The notes: a model not told the origin generated them from the sequence alone. A stretch of DNA of 64,000 nucleotides from Candidatus Poribacteria bacterium (GCA_965215015.1 OZ244042.1:5312001-5376000); one strand, 5' to 3'. Counted from the stretch's first letter, positions 1 to 11,400 are shown. Numbers and translations are program-made.

Positions 1-2704
1 GCCCTACCATCGCCCCGATAAATGCAAAGGGTACGGTCGTCAGAATAATCACCGGTTGGAGGAAGGACTTGAACTGGGTCCCTAATATGAAATAGACCAG
101 CATAACCCCAAAGGCGAAGAAGACAGGGATGCTTGAGAAAGCCTTCTGATATTCGGCAAATTGACCGCCGGATTCGAGTGTGTAACCCGGGTAGCGCGAG
201 CTGATTTGATCAAAATGGGCGCGGAGCCTCTGGTTTACTCTGACTGTGGAGGTCACTTTCTGATCGACATTGGCGGTGATTGTGATGGCTCTTTCCTGTT
301 TGAAGCGGTGAATTATGGAATGACCTTGCTCGACATTCATTTGGGCGACATCTCGGAGGGGGACTGGTACACCCGTTGTCCCCATCAATTTCAGGTCCGC
401 GACATCCTTAAGCCCCGTGCGTGCGGATTCGCTGAATTTGACAACGACATCAATCTCCTCATCGCCATCGCGGAATACAGTTGCCTTCGTGCCTTCAAAG
501 GCATTGCGCGCGGTGAAGGCGATTTGTTGGAGCGTCAGTCCGTATTCGTTCGCTTTGTCCTCATCAATATGTAGTTTGATCTCCTCTTTGCCTAGGGCGT
601 AGTTGTCCTGAATATCAGTGACTCCGGGGATTTTTGCAAGTTCGGCTTTCAGTTCGTCGGTGAGCCCTTCCAGTTCGTCGAAATATTTTCCTTTTACGAT
701 TGCTTCAACATCTGTGCCGGCGGGGGGGCCTTCTTCCCTTGTCTGAAATTCGATCTGCTCAGGTCCCGCGATACGGCTGGCTTTCTGGCGGACATCTGCG
801 ATAATTTCCGCAAGTTCACGCTTCCGATGCTTGGCTTCGACAACCTCAACATGGAGCGTTCCCAAGTGGCTATTGAGGACACTTCCGGTATCCGTGATGC
901 GAATGCCCGTTTTGGTGATGATTGCCTTGATTTCAGATTTTGGCAACGCAAGCGTAACTGCCTCCAGCTGCCGCATCACCTCATCCGTCGTTTCCAGGCG
1001 GGCTCCCACCGGCAGCGTGACGTAGACAAAAAACATTGGATACTCATCGCCGTGGAACATGTCGACCTCAACCAGTCCGAAGGGGATTGGGAGGAAACTC
1101 AAGAATAGACAAACGACAATACCTCCCAGCACCCAATAGCGATAGCGTAATGTGAATGTCAAGAGTTTGGTATAGGGCTTTAATAAGTAGCGCATCAGTC
1201 TATCCCGAAATCTGGAACGTCCGATTTTTCCCCAATCCGCGATATGGGATGGCAAAATGAAGAAACATTCAAACAGCGATGCGGCAAGCGTCAAGGCAAC
1301 GATGATTGGGATAATCTTCATGAATTTGCCAACAATCCCCGGTAAGAGTGCAAGCGGGAGGAAGATGGAGGCGGTTGTTAAGGAAGCGGTTATCACTGGC
1401 CAAACGACCTCATGTGCACCGTTGACTACGGCTTGGATCAGCGGGTCCCCTTCCTGCATCCGACGGAAGATATTTTCCATCACAATAATCGCATCGTCCA
1501 CGATGATACCAAGCACCAACACCAATCCAAACAGCGACATACTGTTGATCGATTCGTCGGCGAGCCCCATGAGCCCAAAAGTAATCAGGAGGGTCAGCGG
1601 GATGCCGATGGCGACAAAGATGGCGTTCCTCGGTCCCATGAAAAGGTATAAGACAAGGAGAACGAGCACTACCCCGAAAAGTGCGTTATTTTGCAGCTTG
1701 CCGAGCGAATCACGAATATAGATTGAAGTATCATTCACTAATGTAATTTCCACGCCGTCCGGCAGTCGATTTGTCCGGTATTTCTCCACTAGGGTTCGTA
1801 CTGTATCGACAATCCGGATGGTGCTGCCTTCGCCCCGTTTTGCCACCGAGAGCGTAAGTGCCGGCTCACCATTCAAACGGGAAATCACGGTCGGCTCTTC
1901 GTAGGTATCTCGGACCTGCGCGATATTGCCGACGCGGATTTTACCGCCGCCGGGAATCTGTCGCACAATCACATTTTGGATTTGGCGGATCGAATCAAAC
2001 TCGCCGACAGTGCGCAGCAGGTATTCCGCGCGTCCGATTTTCAGCTCCCCCGCGGGGACATTCATATTCTTGGCTGCCAACGCGCCCACAACCTGCGCCA
2101 AGGTCAGTGAATACCGCTCAAGGCGATTGGGATCCACCTCGACCCAGACCTCACGGTCACGAATCCCGGTGATTGAGACCTCTAAAACACCTTCAACGGC
2201 TTCGAGTTCATCCTGGAGTTCTTCCGCCAGATCTCGCATCGTTTTTTCAGGGAGGCTCCCTGCCATAACGACATCAATCACAGGCGTCAGTGTGTTAGAC
2301 TCCAACTTAAACATGGATGGGGCCTCTGCATCTTCAGGTAGATCTTGGACTTTGTCCAACTCTGTGCGGAGATCTTGATACAGTTTGTCAAACTCATCGC
2401 GTGCGATATTCTGATCGAATTTAACGCTGATATTGGCGTATCCTTCAGCGGAGGTTGAGGTGATAGACTCAATTTTATCCACATCAGCGATTTCGTCCTC
2501 AATTGGCTTGGTAATCAGTTTTTCAATCTCCTCGGGTGAAACACCGGGGTACGCCACCCAAATAATTGCCCAGTTGAAAGACATATCGCGTTCCAATTCC
2601 CGTGGCATATTGATGAGCATATACGAACCCCAAACAATTACCGCAATGGTAATCATGTGAACCAATACGGGATTTCTGATGAACAGTCTGAATACGGACT
2701 TCAT
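1..2704 (-). CDS. RND efflux transporter permease subunit (AcrB/AcrD/AcrF family), 3' end runs off window
   Basis: Manual translation from ATG at 2704: MKSVFRLFIRNPVLVHMITIAVIVWGSY...YPGVSPEEIEKLITKPIEDEI. Frame confirmed at 961 and at 58 (QPVIILTTVPFAFIGAMVG, typical RND TM). Absent from the ORF track because it has no stop in the window. Confidence 0.9.
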   Translation of the reverse strand, partial: MKSVFRLFIRNPVLVHMITIAVIVWGSYMLINMPRELERDMSFNWAIIWVAYPGVSPEEIEKLITKPIEDEIADVDKIESITSTSAEGYANISVKFDQNIARDEFDKLYQDLRTELDKVQDLPEDAEAPSMFKLESNTLTPVIDVVMAGSLPEKTMRDLAEELQDELEAVEGVLEVSITGIRDREVWVEVDPNRLERYSLTLAQVVGALAAKNMNVPAGELKIGRAEYLLRTVGEFDSIRQIQNVIVRQIPGGGKIRVGNIAQVRDTYEEPTVISRLNGEPALTLSVAKRGEGSTIRIVDTVRTLVEKYRTNRLPDGVEITLVNDTSIYIRDSLGKLQNNALFGVVLVLLVLYLFMGPRNAIFVAIGIPLTLLITFGLMGLADESINSMSLFGLVLVLGIIVDDAIIVMENIFRRMQEGDPLIQAVVNGAHEVVWPVITASLTTASIFLPLALLPGIVGKFMKIIPIIVALTLAASLFECFFILPSHIADWGKIGRSRFRDRLMRYLLKPYTKLLTFTLRYRYWVLGGIVVCLFLSFLPIPFGLVEVDMFHGDEYPMFFVYVTLPVGARLETTDEVMRQLEAVTLALPKSEIKAIITKTGIRITDTGSVLNSHLGTLHVEVVEAKHRKRELAEIIADVRQKASRIAGPEQIEFQTREEGPPAGTDVEAIVKGKYFDELEGLTDELKAELAKIPGVTDIQDNYALGKEEIKLHIDEDKANEYGLTLQQIAFTARNAFEGTKATVFRDGDEEIDVVVKFSESARTGLKDVADLKLMGTTGVPVPLRDVAQMNVEQGHSIIHRFKQERAITITANVDQKVTSTVRVNQRLRAHFDQISSRYPGYTLESGGQFAEYQKAFSSIPVFFAFGVMLVYFILGTQFKSFLQPVIILTTVPFAFIGAMVG

Positions 2705-2789
2705 TGTGGGTTTTCCTTTCTAGCCATTTAATTGACGGAAAAATTTGGGGATGGGTTTATTGTTACGGATGGGGCTATGGATTGGGCAA

Positions 2790-3800
2790 GATGCGCGACC
2801 TACCGCTAAGATTAAGAACCTACCCCCCCTAACCCCCCCGCAAGCAGGGGGGAATACGTGCAATGAATTGCACTACTACAAACAGCAGGAAAAGGAGGCG
2901 TGCCCACACCCCTAAGATAAGAACCTACCCCCCCTAGCCCCCCCGCAAGCAGGGGGGAAGACGTGCAATGAATTGCACTACTACAAACAGCAGGAAAAGG
3001 AGGCGTGCCCACACCCCTAAGATAAGAACCTACCCCCCTAGCCCCCCCGCAAGCAGGGGGGAAGACGTGCAATGAATTGCACTACTACGAACAGGAGGAA
3101 AAGGAGGCGTGCCCCCACCCCTAAGATAAGAACCCCCCTAGCCCCCCCGCAAGCAGGGGGGAATTTGTTGGTGGAGGGCAATCCGTGGAGGGTGGTATCG
3201 CTCTAGTCAGATGGGTTTGGCTTGGGGTTTTGTGAATACGGTATCTCCTCCCCCTGCTTGCGGGGGGATTGAGGGGGGTAGCCTCTTTGTTGGTGGGGGG
3301 CAATCCGTGGGAGGTGGTATCGCTGCTGAGGGTAAGAAGTGCGGTCGTGCCCCACTGCTAAGATAAGCCCCCCTAGCCCCCCCCGCAAGCAGGGGGGCAG
3401 ACGTGCAATGAATTGCACTACTACGAACAGGAGGAAAAGGAGGCGTGCCCCCACCCCTAAGATAAGAACCCCCCTAGCCCCCCCGCAAGCAGGGGGGAAT
3501 TTGTTGGTGGGGGGCAATCCATGGTAGGTGGTATCGCTCTAGTCAGATGGGTTTGGCTTGGGGTTTTGTGAATACGGTATCTCCTCCCCCTGCTCGCGGG
3601 GGGATTGAGGGGGGTAGCCGCAATGTTAGATAGAGAGGGCACCGCCGGGGGAAAGCCTCCCTAACCCCAAATACCCATACGGACTCTCTTCCCCCTGCTA
3701 AATACCCTGTGGGTTGTCCGTTAATTCTAGGCTCATTGAGCCTAGAACGGTCTGATACCGTGTGGGTATTCGGGATTGAGGGGGGTAGCCTCTTTGTTGG
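2790..3800. repeat. Mosaic intergenic repeat cluster: ~105-bp tandem units of CCCCCTAGCCCCCCCGCAAGCAGGGGGG plus a GTAG-REP (GTGCAATGAATTGCACTACTAC), and a ~220-bp internal duplication (~3064-3283 vs ~3400-3619)
   Basis: Units start at about 2814, 2919, 3024 and 3128; the same modules recur at 26690-27450. Confidence 0.9.
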
Positions 3801-3963
3801 TGGGGCGTCCACCCTTACTTCCGCATCGTAGTGATCCAATAGGCTTGACGTTATTGATGTTTTCAGGTATTCTTTGGTTGGAACTAGTAGAAAGGGGCAC
3901 AGCAATTTAATTAAACGATAGTAAGCGTTAGTAGCGTTGATGGCTAGGGGGCAAATCTGAATC

Positions 3964-4389
3964 ATGGGTTGGATTAAATATGCAGCGGTTACCGCATGTG
4001 CATTGGCGGCTGCAGATCTTTTTGTGAAATTGGCAGCGGGCAGGCTTTCTAACAGTTTGGCGGTATTAATATACGGGACCTGTACCTTCTCGACTGGCCT
4101 GGCTTGGGTGCTGTGGAAATGGGCGCGTGGCATACCGCAAGAAGCTCAACCTTTAGGGGTTTTAGCGAGTATGGGTGTGGGATTTGCGTTCAGCGGCGTG
4201 ACTTTAGGATTGTATGTAACCTTTGGTGCAGGGGCCCCAATTTCTCTCGGTTCACCCGTTATCCGGTTTGGCGGGATATTACTGACCAGCATAGCGGGCA
4301 TGGTATTATTACGGGAGCCTCTCACGTTACGATATGTTATCGGCCTGCTTCTCGTTTGTGGTGGTATGTATCTGATTATTACAAGATAA
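3964..4389 (+). CDS. EamA/DMT superfamily small membrane transporter
   Basis: 141 aa, ~5 TM helices, C-terminal 'LLREPLTLRYVIGLLLVCGG' EamA-type motif. Confidence 0.8.
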   Translation: MGWIKYAAVTACALAAADLFVKLAAGRLSNSLAVLIYGTCTFSTGLAWVLWKWARGIPQEAQPLGVLASMGVGFAFSGVTLGLYVTFGAGAPISLGSPVIRFGGILLTSIAGMVLLREPLTLRYVIGLLLVCGGMYLIITR

Positions 4390-4394
4390 ACCAA

Positions 4395-5210
4395 TCATAC
4401 GGACAACATAATCCCGGCTCCGAATCTGCCCGTCCTACCCCTTTGGTGCCGCTCGGAAAAAAACAGATGTGCATTACAATAGGTGCATATCTGGGGTACC
4501 TCTATGTTTTGTGCGGGGATACCCGTTTCTATGATTTGCCGCTTGTTGGCTTCCCAGAGGTTAAAATACCCTTTGCCATCGGAGGTCTTGTTGTCGATAT
4601 AGCCCTCCGTGCTGCCAAAGGTATCCTCAACTTGTGCGATGACTTCGGGACCGACTTCGTAATGACAGGGACCGATGGAGGGGCCTATCCCTACCAGAAC
4701 ATCGGTCAGCTTGCAGTTAAACTTTTCCTTTAAGGTATTTGCCGTGTTCTGAGCAGCCAGTTTGACAGTCCCCCGCCAGCCGGCATGTACGGCGGCTATC
4801 ACTCGCTTTTGGGGATCGAAGAAGAGAATCGGCACACAATCCGCCATAAGAACCATCAGACATAAGTGGGGAACGTCTGTTACTATTGCATCTGTCGCTT
4901 TAACTGCCGTATCGAGGTCAGCTGCACCGTAGCCCCTCATTTTTTCTGTCACGATTGTCACCGTACCGCTATGAACCTGTCTCGCGATTGTAAAATCGGA
5001 GAGTGAAATTCCGATATTGGCTGCCAAACGTTTACGATTTTTCAGGACAGTTTTAGCGGTGTCTTCAACGTGGAGGCCTAAATTAAGGGATTCGTAAGGC
5101 GGGGGACTCAGCCCGCCGATTCGGGTCGAAACAAAGTGGTCAGCCCCGCTCTGTTTCGACAGGTTCTTGAATCGGAATGTGGACAATGATTGAAGGCGTG
5201 TTTCTAACAT
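4395..5210 (-). CDS. pgeF: Peptidoglycan editing factor PgeF / YfiH laccase-like purine nucleoside phosphorylase
   Basis: STRIGG, SLNLG, QVHS, ADCVPI, AVHAGWRG, GIGPSIGPCHYEV, CTYC motifs. Start moved to ATG 5210. Confidence 0.9.
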   Translation of the reverse strand: MLETRLQSLSTFRFKNLSKQSGADHFVSTRIGGLSPPPYESLNLGLHVEDTAKTVLKNRKRLAANIGISLSDFTIARQVHSGTVTIVTEKMRGYGAADLDTAVKATDAIVTDVPHLCLMVLMADCVPILFFDPQKRVIAAVHAGWRGTVKLAAQNTANTLKEKFNCKLTDVLVGIGPSIGPCHYEVGPEVIAQVEDTFGSTEGYIDNKTSDGKGYFNLWEANKRQIIETGIPAQNIEVPQICTYCNAHLFFSERHQRGRTGRFGAGIMLSV

Positions 5211-5214
5211 GATC

Positions 5215-6210
5215 TTAGGAATTGCTTTCAAGGGCTTGGATCAATCCACGCATGTGCCCGACGCAGTAAGCAATGTACTCCCTGCCTTCTGGCCCATCTG
5301 TGGTGAGTCGCATGATGTGGTCGTAGTCGATGACAGCGTCGTAGCCCACATCGTGCAAGGCTTTAGCCACGCGGTACATGTCCATGTCGCCGGCGTCGGG
5401 GATTACCTCCTCGTACCCCTTCTTTTCGGGAATTTTTCCGCGTACGTTGCGGAAATGGACGTGGAAAATTTTGCCCTGTTCCCCAAAGTGCCGAATGCCC
5501 TCAAAAACATCTTCGCCTGATTCGTAACGGGTGCCCACGCAAAAGGTCATGCCGTTGTTCGGAGAGGGGACTTCGGAAAAGAGGCGGTCAAAAGCGGCGA
5601 AGTTATAGAGAATCTGTGGTACGCCATAGAGGTTGGGAACCGGTGGATCGTTGCCGTGCATGGCAACCTTGACGCCGGCCCTTTCGGCCACAGGCACAAC
5701 GTTTCTGAAGATTTCCAGGGTACGCTCCCAGATTTCATCGTGGGTTGGTGCCCCTTCTGGTGGGGATTGGTCGAGGGCTTCGCTCAAATCGACTTTCAGG
5801 TGTTGGTATCCGCCCCGTCCCTCAATGAAGCTGTGCATAGCCTCCGGGAAATGACCGAATTGGCCCGCCTGGAAACATTGGATACCCATCACCGGCAGAT
5901 TAAACTCGCCGCAGAGTTCGGCGTTGACAATCAGGTTGTCGATTTCTGCTTCGGAGCCGGGTTGACCGAGAAAGGTCTTGATACAGTCGCCGTTAGAGGT
6001 GTTGGCGCGCTCGATCTTGAGCCCAGCTCTGTCAATGGCTGCTACTACTTTTTCGAGTCCTTCGCGATTTGCGCGCCCGCCGGCTTCTGAGTAACCGGGA
6101 CAGATGTCTAAGGTGATGTCTACGCAATCAACGCCGATCTGTTTGAGAAAGCGGAGATCGTTTGGACGGTTTAACCAGTCGGGACTGATGCGGGTGCCAA
6201 TTTTCATCAT
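5215..6210 (-). CDS. Mannonate dehydratase (UxuA)-like sugar acid dehydratase
   Basis: VPVAERAGVKVAMHGNDPP, NNGMTFCVGT, IFHVHFRNVRG, GDMDM, DYDH. AAGGAG RBS before MMKIG at 6210. Confidence 0.8.
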   Translation of the reverse strand: MMKIGTRISPDWLNRPNDLRFLKQIGVDCVDITLDICPGYSEAGGRANREGLEKVVAAIDRAGLKIERANTSNGDCIKTFLGQPGSEAEIDNLIVNAELCGEFNLPVMGIQCFQAGQFGHFPEAMHSFIEGRGGYQHLKVDLSEALDQSPPEGAPTHDEIWERTLEIFRNVVPVAERAGVKVAMHGNDPPVPNLYGVPQILYNFAAFDRLFSEVPSPNNGMTFCVGTRYESGEDVFEGIRHFGEQGKIFHVHFRNVRGKIPEKKGYEEVIPDAGDMDMYRVAKALHDVGYDAVIDYDHIMRLTTDGPEGREYIAYCVGHMRGLIQALESNS

Positions 6211-6367
6211 TTTTTGTTCTCCTTGTAGATAAGAGTAGATAAGATCGGGATTCAAAGCCGCCGAGGCTAATGAAGCATAATACGTAATGCGTAATATGTA
6301 AAGAGAAACGGAACGGAGATTCCCGTTCCCTCCAAAATAAACCGATAGTGCCAGATGTAAGGCGGAA

Positions 6368-7508
6368 CTAATGGACTTGGCCGCGGGCGGCGATGTCCCA
6401 TTGTTGGGTGATTTGTCCATCCTTTAGCACTGTGTAGGTGTCTAATAGGTTCGCAACAACACATGAGTGATTTGGTACTAATCGAACCTTAGTACCTGTT
6501 TCCAGATCAAAATCTTTGCGTATGACAAACCCATGTTCTTCCGAAAGTCTGGTGACAATCATCTCATGATTTGCATCCTCGAACCGATTAGCGGGGTACG
6601 CAAGCCCGAATCCTTCCATACCCGGCATCCCGTGCGCGCCTTGATCGGAGCTCAAGGTTTTGGATCCGGCGTCGATAATAAAGTATTCCGAGTTTTGACT
6701 TACCACCGTCGCTAACACGGAGAGCGCGATCTGGTTTAGCGCAATCACCTTGAGACGCAGCGGCATTCTATCCATAAAGATGTAATTGCCCGGTCGGATT
6801 TCCGTGATGCCATCGTAGCTATCGCTCACAAGGGTGCCGGGTGTGGATCCAACAGACACCTCCGCAACCTCGATGCCGTTGCTTTCGAGTTTTTTCCGCA
6901 CGCGCATCATAATTTCGCACTCCTCTTGGGCGACTTTTCGCGCTGCATCGGCGTCCGCTGCGCCATAAGTATGCCCGGCGTGGGATAAAAGCCCCACAAA
7001 ATTTAGAGCGGGTTCTTGGATGATTTTTTGGACTAGCCCAACCAAGCCGGGATCGTCTTCCGTGAGTCCACAGCGGTGTAACCCCACATCTATCTTCAAG
7101 AAGATACTAATCTGTTTCTGGTGTTTCTCCGCTACCTGAGCAATCGCATTTACCCCCACAGGGCTATCGACAATGAGTCGGAGGTCAACGTCATGTGTCT
7201 TTGCAGCAGCTCAGGCGGTCGAGCTTTGACGCAACGACCAAGGGATACGCCACAGTAACGGAGCGAATCCCGTTGTTGATAAAAACGAGTGCCTCGTCTA
7301 CCTTTGAGGAGGTAATTCCGACTGCGCCTGCGTCTATCTGTTGCCGGGCGAGCTCAAGACACTTGTGGGTTTTGATATGTGGGCGGACATTGACACCACG
7401 CGTATTGGCGATGTTCTGAATCAGTTGGATGTTGGCTTGTAACCTGTCCTGATCTAACAAGATGTGAGGGGTTTCTAGTTCTAAAAGCGATGTGTTTATC
7501 TGTCCCAT
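6368..7508 (-). pseudogene. DSD1/D-threonine aldolase-like PLP enzyme (alanine racemase fold), frameshifted near 7211
   Basis: The N-half has VRPHIKTHK (PLP lysine); the C-half has KIDVGLHRCG, LLSHAGH, GSTP, EIRPGNY, DAGSKTLSSD, SEEHG, PNHSC. The frames join as ...KLDRL / AAAKTHDVDLRLIVDSPVGVNAI with a one-base offset. Confidence 0.8.
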
Positions 7509-7750
7509 GCGTTTGCCTCCAAATGTAAGGCGTGGATCATGTTAAAAGAAAGTGCAAATTATTAAAGCATCCGCGAATTAACGCAAATCTTTGTAAAAAA
7601 AAGAAAGATTAAAGACGGACAACTACAAGGGTTACGCCTACAGTCCGCCCAAAACTCGAAATGTTCGGGGAGGAAACCTCGCCCCTACGAGTTGAAGTGC
7701 GTCGTTTTTATTGAGAGTAGTCATCCGTTGTCCTTACTTTGTTAAATACA

Positions 7751-9931
7751 TCATATTGTCACATAAATGGGGCTTGCCCATGCCTTTGCCCCATCTGTTT
7801 GTAACACTCGGACCCAATACGGATGGCAGCCGATGGGCAACGCTGCTTCTCGAAACGTAAACGCTACTTCTCTGCCAATGCCGAGCGGCAACCGTTCAAA
7901 CACAACCTTCATATCAATCCCACCGGCCTCAACGATAATAGGCGAATCGCCAATCTCCTGAAGCGGGACACGCTGATTCAGCACCGGCGTCTTAAAATCG
8001 AGGGTTGCCTCAGAGGGGGTGTCAAGCCTTAGGATTACGCCGTCAGCGTCTCCGGTTGTCACAGATTTCCAAGACACCGTTCGATCCGTTACCCCCTCGA
8101 TACCTTCAGCCGGGGAATCGAAGGCGTAACCTTTCGCCCCCAGAATCCGCCCCCTATCTATCTCAAGGCTTCCGTCCCATCGCACCAGCCGGTTTCGTGC
8201 CCGGATGCGCTGCCCTGACCACGCAACTCGAATCTGATCTCCTGCCCGCTCGGTTGTTACGGGGACAGTGTGAATGCGCTCCAAGCCTCTGAAGATGTCT
8301 ATCCGCTCGATGGGGGCGGTGCCAACTACGTTCACAGAGATTTCCGGCGGTTGGCTCCCCTGATACGCCCCTCCCATCGGTGTGCCATCTGCGGTCACAT
8401 CAAGCAGGATACGCTGACCGGTCGTTCCGTAACATCGACGGGCTTTCAGGGCTTCCCACAGTCCCTCCCGCGTCAACTCCGCTGCATAGATGCAGGTCAA
8501 TCCACCGTACACACCGAACGAACCGCTGCCCGGAGGCGCAGCACCGGGGCGTCCCTTGTGGTCATCACTACCGGCGGTGAAACCGATTCGATAGCCTTTC
8601 TCCAATGCTTCCCGCAGAAACCACTCGAACTCTCCCCACTCGGAATAGACCTCAATGAGCGGTTCCAGTTCCGGGTCGTGCCAATTGAGGTTGGCGTAGC
8701 GTCCTCCGACATGGGGCAGCAGCAGGACATCTCCGTTCCGGGAGTCTTTGACCTGCCCTCGCAGTGTGGTGTAGAGTTCTGTGACATGTCTGCAGTCGGT
8801 ATCGATATCCGATTTGTCAGGGATTAGCACATGGCTGGAGCGGTGCAGGGGCCCATCGTCCCCCGGATAGTATACGTTGTGGTCGCCTCCTAGCGGTGTG
8901 TTCGCTGACCACTCATACCCGACAAAGGTGACAAAGCGACCGGGGTCGTATTGGGTATTCGCCTGTGCCTTAATCTCCCCCCAGATTGCCTCGGTGATTT
9001 GGAAGTCGTTTCCCTGATGTCCGGCGAAGTCAATTAGTGCTGCCTCCCGTGCAAACCGAAAATAGGAGGAGACCGGATTGGTGCCAACGGTTTCTTCGCT
9101 CTGTCCGTGGAGATCGCCCCAGAAGGGTTGATGTATGTCTCGACTTTCCACACAGCGGAGTGGATTTCCTTTCGCCGCCAAGCTGTTTTCTGTGTCTGTT
9201 GCTCCCACCCGATAAATTCCTGTCGTGGATGCTCTTACACCTTCAAAACGGCGCACACCGTGGTCTGTGGGTTGAAACTGATATGTCTCCGGCAAGCCCG
9301 TCAATCCCTCAGCGTTGATTTGGACTGTCCCCATATATCCGGTGCTCGGATTGCCCCAGAGATCTTCTACCTTAACCCCGATCCATGTTTCCGCATCGGG
9401 TGTGGTTTCCGACGGGCCTAATACCACCAACCGATGGGGGGAACCGCTGATAATTGGGATCTTTGGAGACAGCACCTCTGTGTAAACCCACGTTCCGCAC
9501 CAATCGACAGCAACGCGAAATTCAAACGCCGCTTTGCAAAAGGTCTGCGCTCGACTCCCCGGACTGCCCCCTGAGGTATCTCCGAGTGTTAAGGTGATGC
9601 TATCCCCCTCGGAGAGGGAATCGTCGAATACATCAACAGTCACGCAAAGTCTCCAAGGGCGGATATAACGTTGCTTTTCAAACTTCGCTCGCAGCGATGC
9701 TGTACCTGTCGTAGAGACGGAGGCATATTCGGGGGCGGACGGATTTTCAAATTGGGGGGCCGCCCAATCGCTGACATCGCGCCAAGCAAATTTAATAACC
9801 CCACCGTCATCGACGCCGTATTGACCGACATGGTAGGTGATGCGCCATGTGCCGACCGATCCCGCCACGATAGGAGCGTCCGGATCAATCTCTGCCCAAC
9901 CGTATAACGCACGAATTTCTGATTCCGTCAT
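7751..9931 (-). CDS. DUF3604-type PHP-like metallohydrolase
   Basis: FWGDLHGQS, GYEWS, GDHNVY, PHVGG, EVYSEWG, GSDDH, LWEALKARRCYGTTG, AWASPI. Confidence 0.8.
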   Translation of the reverse strand: MTESEIRALYGWAEIDPDAPIVAGSVGTWRITYHVGQYGVDDGGVIKFAWRDVSDWAAPQFENPSAPEYASVSTTGTASLRAKFEKQRYIRPWRLCVTVDVFDDSLSEGDSITLTLGDTSGGSPGSRAQTFCKAAFEFRVAVDWCGTWVYTEVLSPKIPIISGSPHRLVVLGPSETTPDAETWIGVKVEDLWGNPSTGYMGTVQINAEGLTGLPETYQFQPTDHGVRRFEGVRASTTGIYRVGATDTENSLAAKGNPLRCVESRDIHQPFWGDLHGQSEETVGTNPVSSYFRFAREAALIDFAGHQGNDFQITEAIWGEIKAQANTQYDPGRFVTFVGYEWSANTPLGGDHNVYYPGDDGPLHRSSHVLIPDKSDIDTDCRHVTELYTTLRGQVKDSRNGDVLLLPHVGGRYANLNWHDPELEPLIEVYSEWGEFEWFLREALEKGYRIGFTAGSDDHKGRPGAAPPGSGSFGVYGGLTCIYAAELTREGLWEALKARRCYGTTGQRILLDVTADGTPMGGAYQGSQPPEISVNVVGTAPIERIDIFRGLERIHTVPVTTERAGDQIRVAWSGQRIRARNRLVRWDGSLEIDRGRILGAKGYAFDSPAEGIEGVTDRTVSWKSVTTGDADGVILRLDTPSEATLDFKTPVLNQRVPLQEIGDSPIIVEAGGIDMKVVFERLPLGIGREVAFTFREAALPIGCHPYWVRVLQTDGAKAWASPIYVTI

Positions 9932-10028
9932 AGATTATTTCTCCACGAAATGCCAGCACAGGCGCGCTACCGATCCTGGTGGATTGGGCCGAGAACTATG
10001 GCGCAACGTTGTTGGTATTTTCGAGACT

Positions 10029-10994
10029 TTAGTACCACGCCGCTTTGTTGACCACGTTGCGTAACGGTTCACCGGCAGCAAACCGACGGACGTTTTCGAG
10101 GATGATTTCAAATCGGCGTTCAGGGATATTCTCGGCATCCTTCACGGCGATGTGGGGTGTGAGCAGAACGTTGGGTAGATTCCATAAACGGTGATCCGCC
10201 GGCAGCGGTTCTATCTCGAATACGTCAAGCCCACACCCAGCAATTTCGCCTCGCTCAACAGCGTCTGCGAGGTCGTTGATTTTCATCGTTTTGCCGCGAC
10301 CGATGTTGATAAAGTAGGCGGTGTCCCTCATCAGGCGGAAACGTTGAGCATTCCATATCCCCTCAGTTTCGGGTGTGTGCGGCGTTGTCGCTATTATGAA
10401 ATCGGCGCGTGGCAGCAGGGCATCCAAATCCGTCGGTGGGTGCATCTCGACGTATGGGAGGTCATATTCGGGTCTCGGCTCTACACCGATTACTGTCATG
10501 CCAAATTCTGCACATAGTCTCGCTGTCTCATGACCGATGCCTCCCACACCGAAGATTAGGGCGGTGGATTCAGCGAGATCGACATACCCATTTTTACGGG
10601 CGTCCGGGTCCCATCTTCGCTCCCGTTGTGCCTCGACGTAGTAAGGCAATCCCCGGGAGAGCGCGAGCAAGAACATCATAATATGGTGGCTGATGTGATC
10701 ATAGTAGATACCGCGTGGGTTACAGATCACCACGGGGTGCTCAATCAGTTCCTTATAATAGTAGCCCGGGAAGGGGCCTGCATCTGGATTTTGCAGCCAC
10801 CGCAATTTTGTCGCGCCCTTCAGCGCATCGGGCGGCACCCAACCGAATGCCGCATCAGCATCGGCGATTTCACGGCGTGCTTCTTCGTCTGTTTTGGGGA
10901 GCTCGACCCGATACTCCGGGAGGTTTGCCTCCAGACGCGGGGCAAACTCGCGCTTGAGGTCGTCTAACGGTGGCATCATTACAAATTTAATCAT
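10029..10994 (-). CDS. D-2-hydroxyacid dehydrogenase (NAD-binding)
   Basis: GVGGIG Rossmann motif, INIGRG, LDVFEIEPLP, LLTPHIA. Confidence 0.9.
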   Translation of the reverse strand: MIKFVMMPPLDDLKREFAPRLEANLPEYRVELPKTDEEARREIADADAAFGWVPPDALKGATKLRWLQNPDAGPFPGYYYKELIEHPVVICNPRGIYYDHISHHIMMFLLALSRGLPYYVEAQRERRWDPDARKNGYVDLAESTALIFGVGGIGHETARLCAEFGMTVIGVEPRPEYDLPYVEMHPPTDLDALLPRADFIIATTPHTPETEGIWNAQRFRLMRDTAYFINIGRGKTMKINDLADAVERGEIAGCGLDVFEIEPLPADHRLWNLPNVLLTPHIAVKDAENIPERRFEIILENVRRFAAGEPLRNVVNKAAWY

Positions 10995-11039
10995 GGTGTG
11001 TTCCTCTATAATTGCTAGGATATATGTAAAATACCTTTA

Positions 11040-11400
11040 AGACCCCCCTCGGTCCCCCCGCAAGCGGGGGGATGGGTGCAGGCGTGGTTCATTCACAGTC
11101 CCTGCCGTAAGAACCCCCCTCGGTCCCCCCGCAAGCGGGGGGATGGGTGCAAGTGGGGTTCATTCACAGTCTCTACTACACTTTCATTGCCATAAGACCC
11201 CCCCTCGGTTCCCCCGCAAGCGGGGGGAGGGTGCAAGTGGGGTTCATTCAGACCCCCCCTCAGTCCCCCCCGCAAGCAGGGGGGATGGGTGCAGGCGGAG
11301 GGGAAACCGTGTGGGTATTCGGGATTAGGGGGAGGTGCCTGCCTACAGCACAGACAATCCCCAGGCCACAGGGGAACCACAAGGGTTCCCCCTACACAAG
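11040..11400. repeat. Four tandem C/G-rich palindromic units (CCCCCCTCGGTCCCCCCGCAAGCGGGGGG...GTTCATTCA) plus a GTAG-REP at ~11371-11395
   Basis: Units at about 11041, 11112, 11196 and 11251. Confidence 0.85.

Noticed and set aside
161-2660. Plus-strand ORFs in the first 2.7 kb
   Set aside because: They are antisense shadows of the RND transporter gene on the minus strand.
2812-3642. Short ORFs with PLLAGGLGG / PPASRG peptides (also 11093-11575 and 26823-27552)
   Set aside because: These are translations of the C/G-rich repeats on both strands, with no RBS or protein-like composition.
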